The notes under the pieces were generated by a model. The model saw nothing but the letters and a program-made list of their open reading frames with translations. It was not told the DNA's origin and did no database searches. From an uncultured delta proteobacterium (lineage in GTDB: Bacteria > Desulfobacterota > Binatia > UBA9968): 64,000 nucleotides of DNA. Below are positions 22,952-34,335 of the stretch, piece after piece (positions within the stretch are counted from its first letter, which is position 1; every line of letters begins with the position of its first letter). The DNA lies in contig CAVWLW010000065.1 in the NCBI GenBank assembly GCA_963755715.1, positions 15,914-79,913 of the forward strand. Direction: 5' to 3'. Position numbers and translations under genes: made by a program.

Positions 22952-24283
22952 CTAGCGTGCCGCCTGGGTTCGGCCGATTTTCTGGCAATTTTCCAATTCC
23001 CGGAGTTTTTTTGTTAGAAACGTTTGTTCCGACTCGATCGTGACCAGCTCCAGGGCTTGACGAAAATAATTGGCCGCAGCCTCGCGATTGTCCAGACGCG
23101 TTTCGAACTCACCCAGAGTCGCATAGAGCAGATAATAAGAGTTCAACTGCTCCCGTTTGTGGATCGCTTCGATCGCTTCGATGCCGGTTCGCGGACCGTG
23201 AACGGCGGCCACGGCCACGGCGCGATTGAGCGCCACCACGGGAGAATCGTCGATCTCGATCAAGCGGTCGTAGAGCGACAGGATACGCGGCCAATCCGTG
23301 GATTCGTAATCCTGCGCCGCGCAGTGGCAGGCGGTGATGGCGGCTTGAAGATGATACTCGCTGGCTTCGTCGCCGGCGGTAGATTGCATCAGGTGATAGA
23401 AGCCGCGCGCGATCAACGACTGATCCCATTGTGAGCGGTTCTGCTCCTCGAGGCGAAGAATGTTTCCTTCGGCGTCCACTCGCGCCGGCAGGCGCGCGCC
23501 GTTCAAGAGCATCAGCGCCAGGAGCGCGTGCGAACGCGGTTGATTACCCGCGGGGTGTTCGGCTACCAACGCTGTCAGCCGTATCGCTTCATGACAAAGT
23601 TCGGCCCGGATCAAATGCTCGCCGCCTGAAGCTTTGTAACCTTCGTTGAAAAGTAGGTAAAGCGTTTGCAGCACGCCGTCCAAGCGCCGGGTCAGTTCTT
23701 CCCCGCTAGGAATTTCGAAAGCAATGCGCGCGTCACGGATTTTTTGCTTCGCCCGCGTCAACCGCTTGGCGATCGCCGCTTCAGAGGTGAGAAACGCCCG
23801 CGCGATTTCTCCGGGACTGAAACCGCAAAGGGTTTTGAGCGCGAGCGCGACCTGCATCTCCTGCGGAATGAGCGAATGGCAACACGTAAACATCATGCGC
23901 AAGCGGTCGTCTTTGATTTGATTTTCGGCAGTCGTGGAGCCTTCGTCGGTGGCGTCTTCGGAGACTTGCTCCATTAAGTGGGCGATTTCGGCTTCCTTGT
24001 TGCGGAAAACTTTATCGCGCCGGATGAGATCGAGGGCCAGATTTTTTGCCACCTGGGTGATCCAAGCGGAAGGATTTCTCGGGATGCCGTAGTAGGGCCA
24101 AGTCTGTAACGCCCGCGCCAACGTTTCTTGCACCACGTCCTCGGCACGGTTCAGGTGCTCGATTCCGAAAATCCGCGTCAAGGTCGAGATTATCTTTCCC
24201 GCCTCGTGACGGAAAAAATGCTCCACCACCTGAGTAACTTCCCCAGGTGGCGCAACCGGAGCCGTGGTTTCAGAAATCGTCAT
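22952..24283 (-). CDS. ECF42-type sigma factor with TPR-like C-terminal extension (sigma 1)
   Basis: Sigma2 AEDVVQET...WP..G.P.NP.AW, DDRLRMMFTCCH, sigma4, YLLFNEGY and SPVVALNRAVA; lies downstream of a DGPF gene. Confidence 0.9.
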   Translation of the reverse strand: MTISETTAPVAPPGEVTQVVEHFFRHEAGKIISTLTRIFGIEHLNRAEDVVQETLARALQTWPYYGIPRNPSAWITQVAKNLALDLIRRDKVFRNKEAEIAHLMEQVSEDATDEGSTTAENQIKDDRLRMMFTCCHSLIPQEMQVALALKTLCGFSPGEIARAFLTSEAAIAKRLTRAKQKIRDARIAFEIPSGEELTRRLDGVLQTLYLLFNEGYKASGGEHLIRAELCHEAIRLTALVAEHPAGNQPRSHALLALMLLNGARLPARVDAEGNILRLEEQNRSQWDQSLIARGFYHLMQSTAGDEASEYHLQAAITACHCAAQDYESTDWPRILSLYDRLIEIDDSPVVALNRAVAVAAVHGPRTGIEAIEAIHKREQLNSYYLLYATLGEFETRLDNREAAANYFRQALELVTIESEQTFLTKKLRELENCQKIGRTQAAR

Positions 24284-24340
24284 TGTCGAAGATCGGTTTC
24301 GCGAACGCGTTTGTAGACGATGTTAGAATTTGTTCCTATT

Positions 24341-24520
24341 TTATTCTTGCTCGTATGCTCGCTTTAGACCTGCTATGTCGAGTTTATTCATTTGCATCAT
24401 GGCGTTCATGACTCTTGTCGATTTGCCTGGATCCTTGTCGTGTAACAAAAATAGAGGTTAAAAATTCGCCGCCTCTTCGGCTTTGCCATCGAACCACAAG
24501 AATGGGGTGATTTTCTGCAT
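24341..24520 (-). pseudogene. Internally deleted 3-dmu-9_3-mt/VOC gene
   Basis: [20 protein letters not shown] joined to [32 protein letters not shown]; these match the two ends of 40680..41153. Confidence 0.85.
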
Positions 24521-24547
24521 AACTTTTTAATCCTGCTGACCGGAAGA

Positions 24548-24955
24548 TTATGCGCTTGCCCGCGCCGGTTGCGCGTTGCTCGGGCTCAGCGCTAGCGGAC
24601 ATTCAGGAGCGACGGGTCGCACTTCCACCGACGCGCCGTAGTTCAGGCCGGGAAAGTTCTTGGCAATCTCCGTGGCTTCGTCCAAACTGCCGACTTCCAG
24701 CAAGAAAAAGCCGCCGATCGCTTCCTTGGATTCGGCAAACGGACCGTCAGCGACTGAGCGACCCTTCTTCTGGGAAACAACTTTGCCCTCTGGAAAGAGA
24801 GGTTTGCCGACTTTGGCCTTGCCCTCTGCGGTCAAGCGGTCAAGCCAGGCGTACATTTGTTTCACAACCTCCTGAATCTCTTCCGGGGAAAGGCCCTTGT
24901 GCCAATCTGTGCCACGGAATAGCAAGATGTATTCTGATTTTGCCGGTGCGCTCAT
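24548..24955 (-). CDS. YciI/DGPF family protein
   Basis: DGPFAESKEAIGGFF and VEVRP. Confidence 0.9.
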   Translation of the reverse strand: MSAPAKSEYILLFRGTDWHKGLSPEEIQEVVKQMYAWLDRLTAEGKAKVGKPLFPEGKVVSQKKGRSVADGPFAESKEAIGGFFLLEVGSLDEATEIAKNFPGLNYGASVEVRPVAPECPLALSPSNAQPARASA

Positions 24956-24999
24956 ATAGATCTCCTTATCAAGTAATGGTTTTTATTGGCCTACAACAA

Positions 25000-25029
25000 T
25001 ACGACGAACGGGCAAGCGGCTGCAGGACA
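25000..25029 (-). promoter_or_regulatory. ECF promoter class B, TGTCCT-N17-CGTCGTA
   Basis: Upstream of the yciI/VOC remnant/sigma 1 unit; the motif recurs five times with the same spacing. Confidence 0.8.
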
Positions 25030-25060
25030 CTCTATTAATTTTTTTTGGAACTTTTACCGA

Positions 25061-25636
25061 TCATTTGCCGAGCTTCATCGCTTTGGGGCGCGCCAGGAGA
25101 CGATCCACGTAAGCCTCCAGCTTGGGCCGGTCCGGCGGTTTGCCCCACATTCGCTTCCAAATAAACATAGAGCCGATCATGATGTCAGCAGCGGTGAACC
25201 AGTCGCCGAACAGGTAAGGTCCGTTGCCCAGTTCGCTTTCGATCACGTCCTTGGCCGCTTCGAACTCCGTCCAGCCGCGTTGGGGCAACGTTTGTACATT
25301 CAACAAAGCGTCGCCCATGGCGGGCTCGAGTTGCGCGGTCGAGTAGACCATCAACGAGAGGTAGCGGCCGCGTTCCGGCGCGTCGATTTTGGGCGCGAGG
25401 TTGGCTTGCGAAAACTTGTCGCCGAGATACAGGCAGATCGCCGTGCCCTCGAAGATCTTCGAGTCGCCATCGACAAGCGCAGGTAGCTTGCCAGCCGGGT
25501 TGATCTTAAGAAACTCCGGCGTCTTGTGTTCACGCTTTGTGAAGTCGATGGGAACGATCTCATATTCTGCGCCGCACTCGTCAAGCATCCACTTGGCGAT
25601 TACAGCCCGGCTCTGAGGATTGTAGTAAAGCTTCAT
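25061..25636 (-). CDS. Glutathione S-transferase family
   Basis: SRA, INPAGKLPAL and FTAADI. Confidence 0.9.
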   Translation of the reverse strand: MKLYYNPQSRAVIAKWMLDECGAEYEIVPIDFTKREHKTPEFLKINPAGKLPALVDGDSKIFEGTAICLYLGDKFSQANLAPKIDAPERGRYLSLMVYSTAQLEPAMGDALLNVQTLPQRGWTEFEAAKDVIESELGNGPYLFGDWFTAADIMIGSMFIWKRMWGKPPDRPKLEAYVDRLLARPKAMKLGK

Positions 25637-25850
25637 CGCAGCACCTCTTAATTCAAGAACAAGAGTGGGATGGAAAGAGTTCAGTCTGTGAAAGAAGCGC
25701 GCGAAAATCAACCCATCACTGAAAACTTAATCTTGCGAAAAGTCTTTCGGTGAATTGCGAGTCTCCGGTATGTGGTTTCTCGAGCAACGCCGGCTTATCG
25801 CTGTGTGTTCTGAAAGCCGGAGAAGGAGAGATGGCTGCTTCTTCGCGCGC

Positions 25851-26624
25851 TTAGTTCTTTAGCCTATACCCCGTCTTGAAAATCCAGCCCACTATCGCCA
25901 GGCAGATCACGAAAAATCCCAGCGTCATCGCCAGAGCTAACTGCCACGCTCACGTCGGACGATTCGTAGAAGCTCCAGCGGAATCCGCTGATGAGATAGA
26001 CGACCGGATTGAACAGCGCGACCGTGCGCCACCCCGGCGGCAGCATATCAATCGAATAAAAGGCGCCCCCTAAAAAGGTCAGCGGCGTCACGATCAGCAT
26101 GGGGATGAACTGCAACTGCTCGAAGCCTTTCGCCCAAATGCCGATGATGAAGCCGAACAAGCTGAAAGTCGTCGCCGTTAGCACCAGGAATGCGATCATC
26201 CAGAATGGATGCAGAATTTTGATCGGCACGAACAGTGACGCCGTGGCCAGAATGATCAGTCCCAGAGTGATCGACTTGGTCGCCGCGGCGCCGACGTAGG
26301 CGAGGACGATTTCTAGATACGACACGGGCGCGGACAAGAGTTCGTAGATCGTGCCGGTGAACTTCGGGAAATGGATGCCGAATGAGGCATTGAAAATGCT
26401 TTGGGTGAACAATGACAGCATGACCAGCCCCGGCACGATGAAGGCGCCGTAGACGACGCCATCGACCTCGGTCATGCGCGAGCCGATCGCGGCGCCGAAG
26501 ACCACGAAATAAAGCGAGGTTGTGATCACGGGCGTCACGAGACTCTGCCAGAGCGTGCGTAGGGCACGCGCCATCTCGAATTTGTAAATCGCCCAGACGC
26601 CGTACCTGTTGAATGCCAACGAGC

Positions 26625-26628
<4 letters not shown>
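25851..26628 (-). CDS. ABC-2 permease, YadH-like (frameshift near the 3' end)
   Basis: [18 protein letters not shown] and [12 protein letters not shown]; ends [10 protein letters not shown] in the shifted frame. Confidence 0.88.
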
Positions 26629-27551
<923 letters not shown>

Positions 27552-27895
27552 CGCGCGGTTTTGGCGAGATTGCAAAACGGCTCGCGCGCCGGACGCGCCT
27601 GCCGTTTGTTCGTGCCTTCCAGCACCACCCAGTGGTAACATTATAGACAACGCAATGACTCCCGACCGAAAGCTTCATCGCATCACCTCTCATAGAGAAC
27701 AGGAAATGCAATTTATATTAGTCTGTGGGAGAAACTTGCCTAAATCAACTCCAGCGCTGATCTTCGTTTGTCTTTACAGCTTCAACGCGCAGCTTTATCA
27801 TCGCTAACTGATACGCAGCATTAGAACAAAAGCCGATCCGTATCTTTAAAATATTTAACCTTGCGCTTTCTAAAAGCGAGAAAAGGAGATCCACG

Positions 27896-28660
27896 ATGAC
27901 ATTGAACCATTCGATTCACGCGCTGATGGTTGGCATGAGTGAAAACTGGTGGCGTGCGGGGATCATGCCTTGCGTGCGGAGCGATTTGGAACGGGACAAA
28001 CCGGTGGCTTATATTTTTTGGCTCGTCGAAGGTCCCAACGGCCCGGTGGTTGTCGACACCGGATATCATCCCGACTACGTCGCGCCGGAATGGGCTAAAG
28101 GGAAAAATTTTATCGATGCGCCGACTCTGCTCCGAGAGCTAGGCGTCAAAGCGGAGGAGATCAAGACCGTCATCGTCACGCATTTTCATCAAGATCATTT
28201 TACCGGCTTCGATTATTTTCCCGGCGCCAAATTCGTCATGCAGCGCGCCGAGCTGGATTTTTGGACCGGACCGCTCATGCGCCACGAGATCTTCGACAGG
28301 CAAATCCGTCCCAAAGTGCGCCCAGCGCTGGAACGATTGAGGCAAGAAGGGCGGATCGAATTAATCGACGGAGACGTCGAGCTTTATCCGGGACTGGAGC
28401 TTCTCAAGGCCGGGGGGCACACACCTGGATCGCAGATGGTGGCGCTGCAAACGGCAGCGGGCAAGGCCGTCCTCTGCGGCGACATCGCGTACACTTATAA
28501 AAATGTTCGCGATCGTCACCCGGTGGGTTGGTATTACGATTTGGGCAATACTGTGGTTGCGCTCGAACGCGCTCTTTCCACCGCCACTCGGCCTGATCTC
28601 GCTTTTCCTAACCATGATACGGAAGTCATGGAAGGTAAGCGCGTCGTCCGCGTTGTCTGA
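27896..28660 (+). CDS. Metallo-beta-lactamase fold, N-acyl-homoserine lactonase family
   Basis: DTG, THFHQDH, GHTPGSQ, GD and PNHD. Confidence 0.85.
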   Translation: MTLNHSIHALMVGMSENWWRAGIMPCVRSDLERDKPVAYIFWLVEGPNGPVVVDTGYHPDYVAPEWAKGKNFIDAPTLLRELGVKAEEIKTVIVTHFHQDHFTGFDYFPGAKFVMQRAELDFWTGPLMRHEIFDRQIRPKVRPALERLRQEGRIELIDGDVELYPGLELLKAGGHTPGSQMVALQTAAGKAVLCGDIAYTYKNVRDRHPVGWYYDLGNTVVALERALSTATRPDLAFPNHDTEVMEGKRVVRVV

Positions 28661-28827
28661 CGAAGTCCCTGGCAGTGGCTGAGGATATCAAGAATTTACG
28701 AAACGGCACCTTCCTTGTGTAGATTTTTTGGTTTGTTAGTAGTTTTGAGCTATGGTTGCTGGTGCTCATGGTTGTGACGCCATTTTAAGCTTAAAGTTCA
28801 ACGGCTCGTCGAAAAACGAGAAGAAAA

Positions 28828-30463
28828 ATGACAGAAAAAATACTTGTCGTGCAAGGTGGAAAACTGATCGACGGCACCGGCCGGGCGCCCGTCGAGAATT
28901 CCATCATCGTGATCCAGGCAGGCAGGTTCCAAACAGTCGGCAGGAGCGCCGAAGTCTCTATTCCCGCCGACGCTGAGGTCATTGATGCCAGGGGCAAGAC
29001 CGTCCTGCCTGGCTTCATCGATGGTCATGGCCACTTGGAGGATTTTCACGGCGAGCTTTATCTCCATTTAGGAATTACTACCTGCGCCAATATCGAACTG
29101 TACCAAGACGGCCCGTGGACGCGAGCGCAAAAACAGGGAACCGCTCTGGGAAAAATTCGCGGTCCACGGATTTGGATGTCGGGCCGGGCGATCGGCGGCG
29201 TCAGCACCGGACATGACGCTTTCGGCTCGCGGACCGCGCGCGATAACATCATCGTCACGACGCCGGAAGAAGTGCGCCGAGCAGTGCAGCGCAAAAAGGA
29301 ACTTGGCTGCGATATCCTCAAGGTCAATGAATTTCTCTCCATGGACTTGGTGAAGGTTGCTTGCGACGAAGCTCATCGGCTCGGTATGCCCGTCGCCGCG
29401 CACAGTTGGGATGTGGTCGGCTCCGCCAATGCGGGCGTTGACGCCATCGAGCATATCTGGTCGGTAGGTTACAGCTCCATTCCCTACGCTCCCGCCAGGC
29501 GCAAACTCGCCGAGGATCGACTCGGCGGCGTCATCGATCAAGAGCTCGCCGGCGCTTACTATCAGACGGAAAATTACGACGCGGTGATCGGCGCGATGGT
29601 GGAACACCAGGTCGCGTGGACTCCGACCATTGCCAAATGGCTGCGGCCGCTTTCGTCGAACGCCGAACGCTTTCAGAAAAAGAGAAAACGAGATCTTGAA
29701 CGATCCCAATGCCGATCTTCCTGCGGCGGTGCGCGCGGTCACCGACAATTCTTATGACAAGTTGTTCAAGCGCTACACGCCTGCGCAGCGCGATCAAGCC
29801 AAAGTCGGTTATGAAAAAGCCAAGGAATTTATCCGGCGCTTCGTCGAAGCAGGCGGCATTCTGAAAGAAGGCTCGGACCCGCCGCGCGGTATGGCGGCCT
29901 TGTTGATGCATCAGGCGCTGGCGATGGACGTGGAGGCCGGCGTGCCGCCGATGACCGCGATCCAAGCGGCTACGCTCAACGTCGCGAAGACTTTCAAGAA
30001 GGACAAAGACTACGGCAGCGTCGAGGTCGGCAAGGTCGCGGATCTTTCCATCGTCGAAGGTGATCCGCTGCAAGACATCTGGCTGACGCAAAACGTTAAG
30101 ATGGTCATCATGGACGGCAAGGTCATCGATAGCGGATTTACGAAATACAAGAATCCGATCGCGTCATTCTATTCCTACCAGAGCTTGCCGCTGGATCTGG
30201 AAATAGCGCCGCTGTTTCTCATCGAGGGCTCCGGTCCGACGACATTGAAGGTGCGGGGGCAGGGCGGCATGTGGCCATTCCACCATGTAATGCTGAACGG
30301 CGAGCCGCTGCCGACGAGCTTTGTCTCGAAGGACGAGCTTAAGGCGACCATTCCACCCGAGGCAATTGCAAAGGCGGGCACGTACGTCGTCACGCTCAAG
30401 TGCGAAGGGGAAGCGTTCCCCGAGTCCCATCGCGCCCATCTCGTGGTGGGGTTTAAGCCATAG
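28828..30463 (+). CDS. Amidohydrolase family protein with C-terminal Ig-like extension (frameshift near 29680)
   Basis: PGFIDGHGH, VAAH, IEH, GSD and GSVEVGKVAD; the shift sits at an A-rich run. Confidence 0.8.
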
Positions 30464-30560
30464 CATTTGTGTTGTCGGTAAATTCTATGACTCGGTGATC
30501 TCTGAAGGCTGCACTCGCCTCCTTACGCGCGAACTACGTCTTGAGCAAGGTTGCTGCTGG

Positions 30561-31778
30561 TTATCTTCGGGCTTTTCGGCTTGACGCTGACAGCAGTCCG
30601 ATGGCCGCGATGATACATATGGCGGCGGACACTGCCAGCGTGTGGTCGATGCCGATGATCGCGGCAGCGCTGCCGATCGCGAGCCCTCCAAGCGACCATA
30701 ATCCGATGTCCATGAAGAACAGACTCAGAACTCGGCCGAGCAAATGCGGCGGCGTTTCCACTTGAATCGCGGTATTCGAAGCGGCGCGACCGGCGACTTG
30801 GCAACCGCCAACCAGAGCCAGGAACACCAAGGACAAGAAAAAGGAGTGTGAGAAGGTAAATAAGCCGAGGAAAAGGCCGAAGCCGGTCACGCAACAGCAG
30901 ATCCAGAAAATCCCCGGGCGAAAGCTCCGCGTGGAGGCGAGGGACAAAGCCGAAACGATGGCGCCGGCTCCCGGAGCGGACATTAGAAGCCCGAACCCGG
31001 TTGGTCCGACATGCAAGATATTGGTCGCGAACATCGGGATGAATCGCGAATAGGGCGCGCCCACGAGCGCAACGATATAAGAAAGCGAAACAATCGAAAA
31101 AATCCGGCGGTTGTTGCGCAGATAACCGTAGCCCTCTTTGATTTCTTTCCATACGCCCTGCTTATGGGTCGGCGCTTCCCAGCGCGGCAATTTCATTAGA
31201 TAGAGATTCCAGATGAGGGCCACGAAGCTAAGAGCATTGAGAAAAAAGCATCCAGATATCCCGAGGAACGCAATAATGGCTCCTCCCACGGAAGGGCCCA
31301 AAATCTTCGAGAGATTGAAGAAAGACGATTGAAGTCCGATGGCATTGAGCAATTCTTCTTTGGGAACCATGCCGTTAACCAGCGACTGGCGCACGGTTTG
31401 ATTGATCGTGTCGATACAGCCCAAAAAAAACGCCAAGACCGCGATGTGCCAAAAGAGAATGACTTTGAAATACACGGCGAAGCAATAGACGATTGCTTGA
31501 ACCATCGCCAAGCTTTGAGTGATGATCAGCACTCGCCTGCGGTCGAAGCGATCCGAAATGGCTCCGCCGATGGCGCCGAGAAATAATCGCGGCACGGTAT
31601 CGAAAAAACTTACCAAGCCAAGCAAAAAGGGCGAATGCGTAAGCTGCCATACGAGCCAGCTTTGGGCGATGCTCTGCATGAAGTCCCCGGAGGTCGAAAT
31701 AACATTGCCCTCCACGAGCAGGCGAAAATTTCGATGTCTGAGGGAGCGAAAAGTTGAGAAATCGTAGATGCTGCGCAT
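30561..31778 (-). CDS. MFS transporter (MFS_3/H+ antiporter-like)
   Basis: GAISDRFDRRRVL; about 12 TM segments. Confidence 0.88.
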   Translation of the reverse strand: MRSIYDFSTFRSLRHRNFRLLVEGNVISTSGDFMQSIAQSWLVWQLTHSPFLLGLVSFFDTVPRLFLGAIGGAISDRFDRRRVLIITQSLAMVQAIVYCFAVYFKVILFWHIAVLAFFLGCIDTINQTVRQSLVNGMVPKEELLNAIGLQSSFFNLSKILGPSVGGAIIAFLGISGCFFLNALSFVALIWNLYLMKLPRWEAPTHKQGVWKEIKEGYGYLRNNRRIFSIVSLSYIVALVGAPYSRFIPMFATNILHVGPTGFGLLMSAPGAGAIVSALSLASTRSFRPGIFWICCCVTGFGLFLGLFTFSHSFFLSLVFLALVGGCQVAGRAASNTAIQVETPPHLLGRVLSLFFMDIGLWSLGGLAIGSAAAIIGIDHTLAVSAAICIIAAIGLLSASSRKARR

Positions 31779-31913
31779 TACGTGCCGAGTTGTCTGAAGA
31801 CTTTCAAATTCAGTGTGACGGTAAAAGGGGCAGAAAGCAAAGACCGGCTGACTCGCGGTCTGATAAAAACGCTTTTGCGCTAAAACTCTAAAGTCCGAAT
31901 ACCCACGCCACCG

Positions 31914-32318
31914 CTACTCCACGATCTCATCATAGCCTCGCCCAAGGAACTGGACGAAGCAGAACCCGTGGCCGAAGGGATCGGCCATGAGAGCGAGCTT
32001 GCCCCACTTGTGCGTGGCGATGGGCTGCTCTAGCTGCGCTCCAGCCGATAGAGCTCTCTGAACCGCCGGTTCGATTTCATCGACCACAAAATCAAGATGG
32101 ACCGGCGTCCAATGGCGCTGGTAACTTCGACGCTGTGAGGTTGTTTCTGAAGCGAGTGTGCCAGGTATTTTGACGAGCAGGTAGATTGGCGCCGAACTTC
32201 CGAGCATCTCTACTCCAAGGGCTCCGAAGCGACGGCCGACCTTTAACCCAAACGTATCTCCGTAAAAGCGGACTGCTTTATCGAGATCGTCAACGTCCAG
32301 ATTTATCAAAAGATCCAT
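31914..32318 (-). CDS. VOC family protein
   Basis: VHLDFVV and DPFGHGFC. Confidence 0.85.
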   Translation of the reverse strand: MDLLINLDVDDLDKAVRFYGDTFGLKVGRRFGALGVEMLGSSAPIYLLVKIPGTLASETTSQRRSYQRHWTPVHLDFVVDEIEPAVQRALSAGAQLEQPIATHKWGKLALMADPFGHGFCFVQFLGRGYDEIVE

Positions 32319-32371
32319 GACATATATTCGCGTCCTCACCTAGAGTTGGCATAGAAGGCTCGTTCTTTCCC

Positions 32372-32480
32372 CGTCAGGCCGATAAAAACCGGCATCCAGA
32401 AAGGGCGTATGCCATACGCCCCTACCTAAAATCCTGGATTCCGGGTCGCGCTAGCTATCGCCAGCTTGCCCGGAATGACG
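32372..32480. repeat. Palindromic repeat family A copy with a nested REP hairpin
   Basis: CCGGCATCCAG...CTGGATTCCGG...CCGGAATGACG enclosing GGGCGTATGCCATACGCCCCTAC. Confidence 0.72.
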
Positions 32481-32560
32481 CCCGTCCAGCAAACTTCTGA
32501 AGTTCCCCATGAACCGCCGCCGGTCATCCGCGGCAACGAAGGAATCGGCGTCGCTTGATT

Positions 32561-32620
32561 TCACAACGACCGTCCGTCGAAGTGTTGGAGTGGGAACGCT
32601 TTCTAGGTCGATTCCTCGAG
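32561..32620 (-). pseudogene. 3' remnant of a second GFA gene
   Basis: IDLESVP..QHFDGRSL* matches the end of 33007..33354. Confidence 0.7.
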
Positions 32621-32980
32621 CACGGACAAGATATTGCCGGCGGGATCTTTGAACCACGCGATCAATGGTCCGCCACCGCGAAAGATTCCCTTCTCATCTG
32701 TTTTGAGCTCACCCTCATAGCGTTCGAAGCGCACACCTTTCTTTGTTAGCTGGTCCACGGCTTCCTCAATATTGCCGACCGGGAAATTGAGAATAGTGAA
32801 ACTTGCCGGAGCGTGGTTTGGCTTGGGGTAGACGAGCACCTTAGTGCCGCCCGCGAAGTGCAGGTTCAATAGCCCATGAGTTTCAGAAACCTCCAACCCG
32901 AGTGTTTTGCCGTAAAACTCCTTCGCCTTTTGGATGTCGTTTACCGAGAAACCACTAAATGCTTTAGTGTCTTTGAACAT
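32603..32980 (-). CDS. VOC family protein
   Basis: [15 protein letters not shown] and [11 protein letters not shown]. Confidence 0.9.
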   Translation of the reverse strand: MFKDTKAFSGFSVNDIQKAKEFYGKTLGLEVSETHGLLNLHFAGGTKVLVYPKPNHAPASFTILNFPVGNIEEAVDQLTKKGVRFERYEGELKTDEKGIFRGGGPLIAWFKDPAGNILSVLEEST

Positions 32981-33006
32981 AGCATTACCTCCGTGTGTCG
33001 CCGATT

Positions 33007-33354
33007 CTACATCGATCGTCCGTCGAAGTGTTGAACCGGAACGCTTTCCAGATCGATTCCTTCGAGGCAGCGAATATTGATTGCGGCCATCCGATTGCCT
33101 TTGGGATCGGTGCCTTCTCCGTACGGATGAATGCCGCACGTCTGACAAAATCGGTGCTTGATAACGTGCTTGTTGAACGTGTACGTGCCGATGTCTTCTT
33201 CCGCTGTGAGCGCATGCAGCTGTTCACGCGGCACAAACCACAGGAGAGATCCTTTGCGGGAACACATCGAGCAATTGCATGCCATCGCGCCACTAAGTTC
33301 GCCTTCCACCTCGAATGCAACCTTGCCGCAGTGACAGCTACCTTTATAATTCAT
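33007..33354 (-). CDS. GFA family (Zn-binding, glutathione-dependent formaldehyde-activating-like) protein
   Basis: GSCHCG, CNCSMC and FCQTCG. Confidence 0.92.
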   Translation of the reverse strand: MNYKGSCHCGKVAFEVEGELSGAMACNCSMCSRKGSLLWFVPREQLHALTAEEDIGTYTFNKHVIKHRFCQTCGIHPYGEGTDPKGNRMAAINIRCLEGIDLESVPVQHFDGRSM

Positions 33355-33427
33355 GTGAGGTTCTCCTTTTGCTCTGCTAGCAGTTCGCTGATAACCGAGC
33401 AGCGCCCAAAGAAGCGCCGCTCGCCGC

Positions 33428-33829
33428 TTATTGAACCGCGCTTGGTTCCATATAGATCAGTTCCCAAATGTGACCATCCAAATCCTGAAATCCATGGCCA
33501 TACATAAAGCCGTGGTCCTGCGGCTCATTGTAGGTCGTTCCTCCGGCGGCGACTGCTTTTCGAACCATCTCATCGACCTTTGCTCGGCTTTCCATGGATA
33601 AGCACACCAGCACTTCAGTGGCTTTCTTTGCGTCGCAAATTTCCTTTGGAGTAAAGGTCTTGAACTTCGCTTCAGTTAACAGCATGACGAAAATATCGTC
33701 AGTCACGATCATGCACGTGGCCGTCTCATCGGTAAATTGCTGATTAAAAGTGTAGCCAAGCTTGGTGAAAAACTCGATTGACTTGTTGAGATTTTTCACT
33801 GGCAGATTCACGAAAATTTTTGTCGCCAT
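33428..33829 (-). CDS. VOC family protein
   Basis: IFVNLPV and FQDLDGHIWE. Confidence 0.9.
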   Translation of the reverse strand: MATKIFVNLPVKNLNKSIEFFTKLGYTFNQQFTDETATCMIVTDDIFVMLLTEAKFKTFTPKEICDAKKATEVLVCLSMESRAKVDEMVRKAVAAGGTTYNEPQDHGFMYGHGFQDLDGHIWELIYMEPSAVQ

Positions 33830-33866
33830 GTTTTCTCCTTGTGTAGATTCATTACACTACGAACTA

Positions 33867-34043
33867 TCAGCGGAACGGCCGCATAATGCCGCCGTTGATG
33901 CCGCTCGGGCCGCCGGTTTCGACCCGGTGGTAATTCATTTCGGCAATGTGCCGAATCTTGCAGTCGAAGGTCTTTCCGTAGAACTCCGACAGTTTCGCCG
34001 GCTCCTTCGATAATAGCTGCCAGTGAACAACCGGTTTGCCCAT
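33867..34043 (-). pseudogene. Truncated VOC gene, N-terminal half only (58 aa)
   Basis: MGKPVVHWQLLSKEPAKLSEFYGKTF...GGPSGINGGIM then stop; AGGAGA RBS. Confidence 0.7.
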
Positions 34044-34110
34044 GACGATCTCCTTTCTTTTTTGAGGGTTTACGATTTTATCGCTACAGCGTTTTGATTT
34101 GTTTCATTAA

Positions 34111-34140
34111 TACGACGAATGAGCGCGTGGCTCCGGGACA
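34111..34140 (-). promoter_or_regulatory. ECF promoter class B, TGTCCC-N17-CGTCGTA
   Basis: Upstream of the VOC/VOC/GFA/VOC run. Confidence 0.8.
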
Positions 34141-34335
34141 CCTGGGATAAATGTTTCAGGGCTACTTAATAAATTGTGCAGGATTAAAAGAAGAATTAAA
34201 GGAGGGTGCCGGGGAAAATGGACGGGCCGAGAGAAAAGAAAATTTGACTCATATAGAACGTTGAGTCCATATATTTCATTGATTAAGGCGCGGTTTAGGG
34301 TACTCTCAAAGAAACCTGTAAGGAGTAGCTTTTGT

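Noticed and set aside
24416-24442. Plus-strand TGTCGA-N17-CGTG as another ECF42 promoter
   Set aside because: It is antisense, inside the VOC remnant coding sequence, and has a poor -10.
27896-28660. Beta-lactam resistance or a quorum-quenching system
   Set aside because: Only the generic MBL/lactonase fold is supported. There is no signal peptide or luxI/luxR context.
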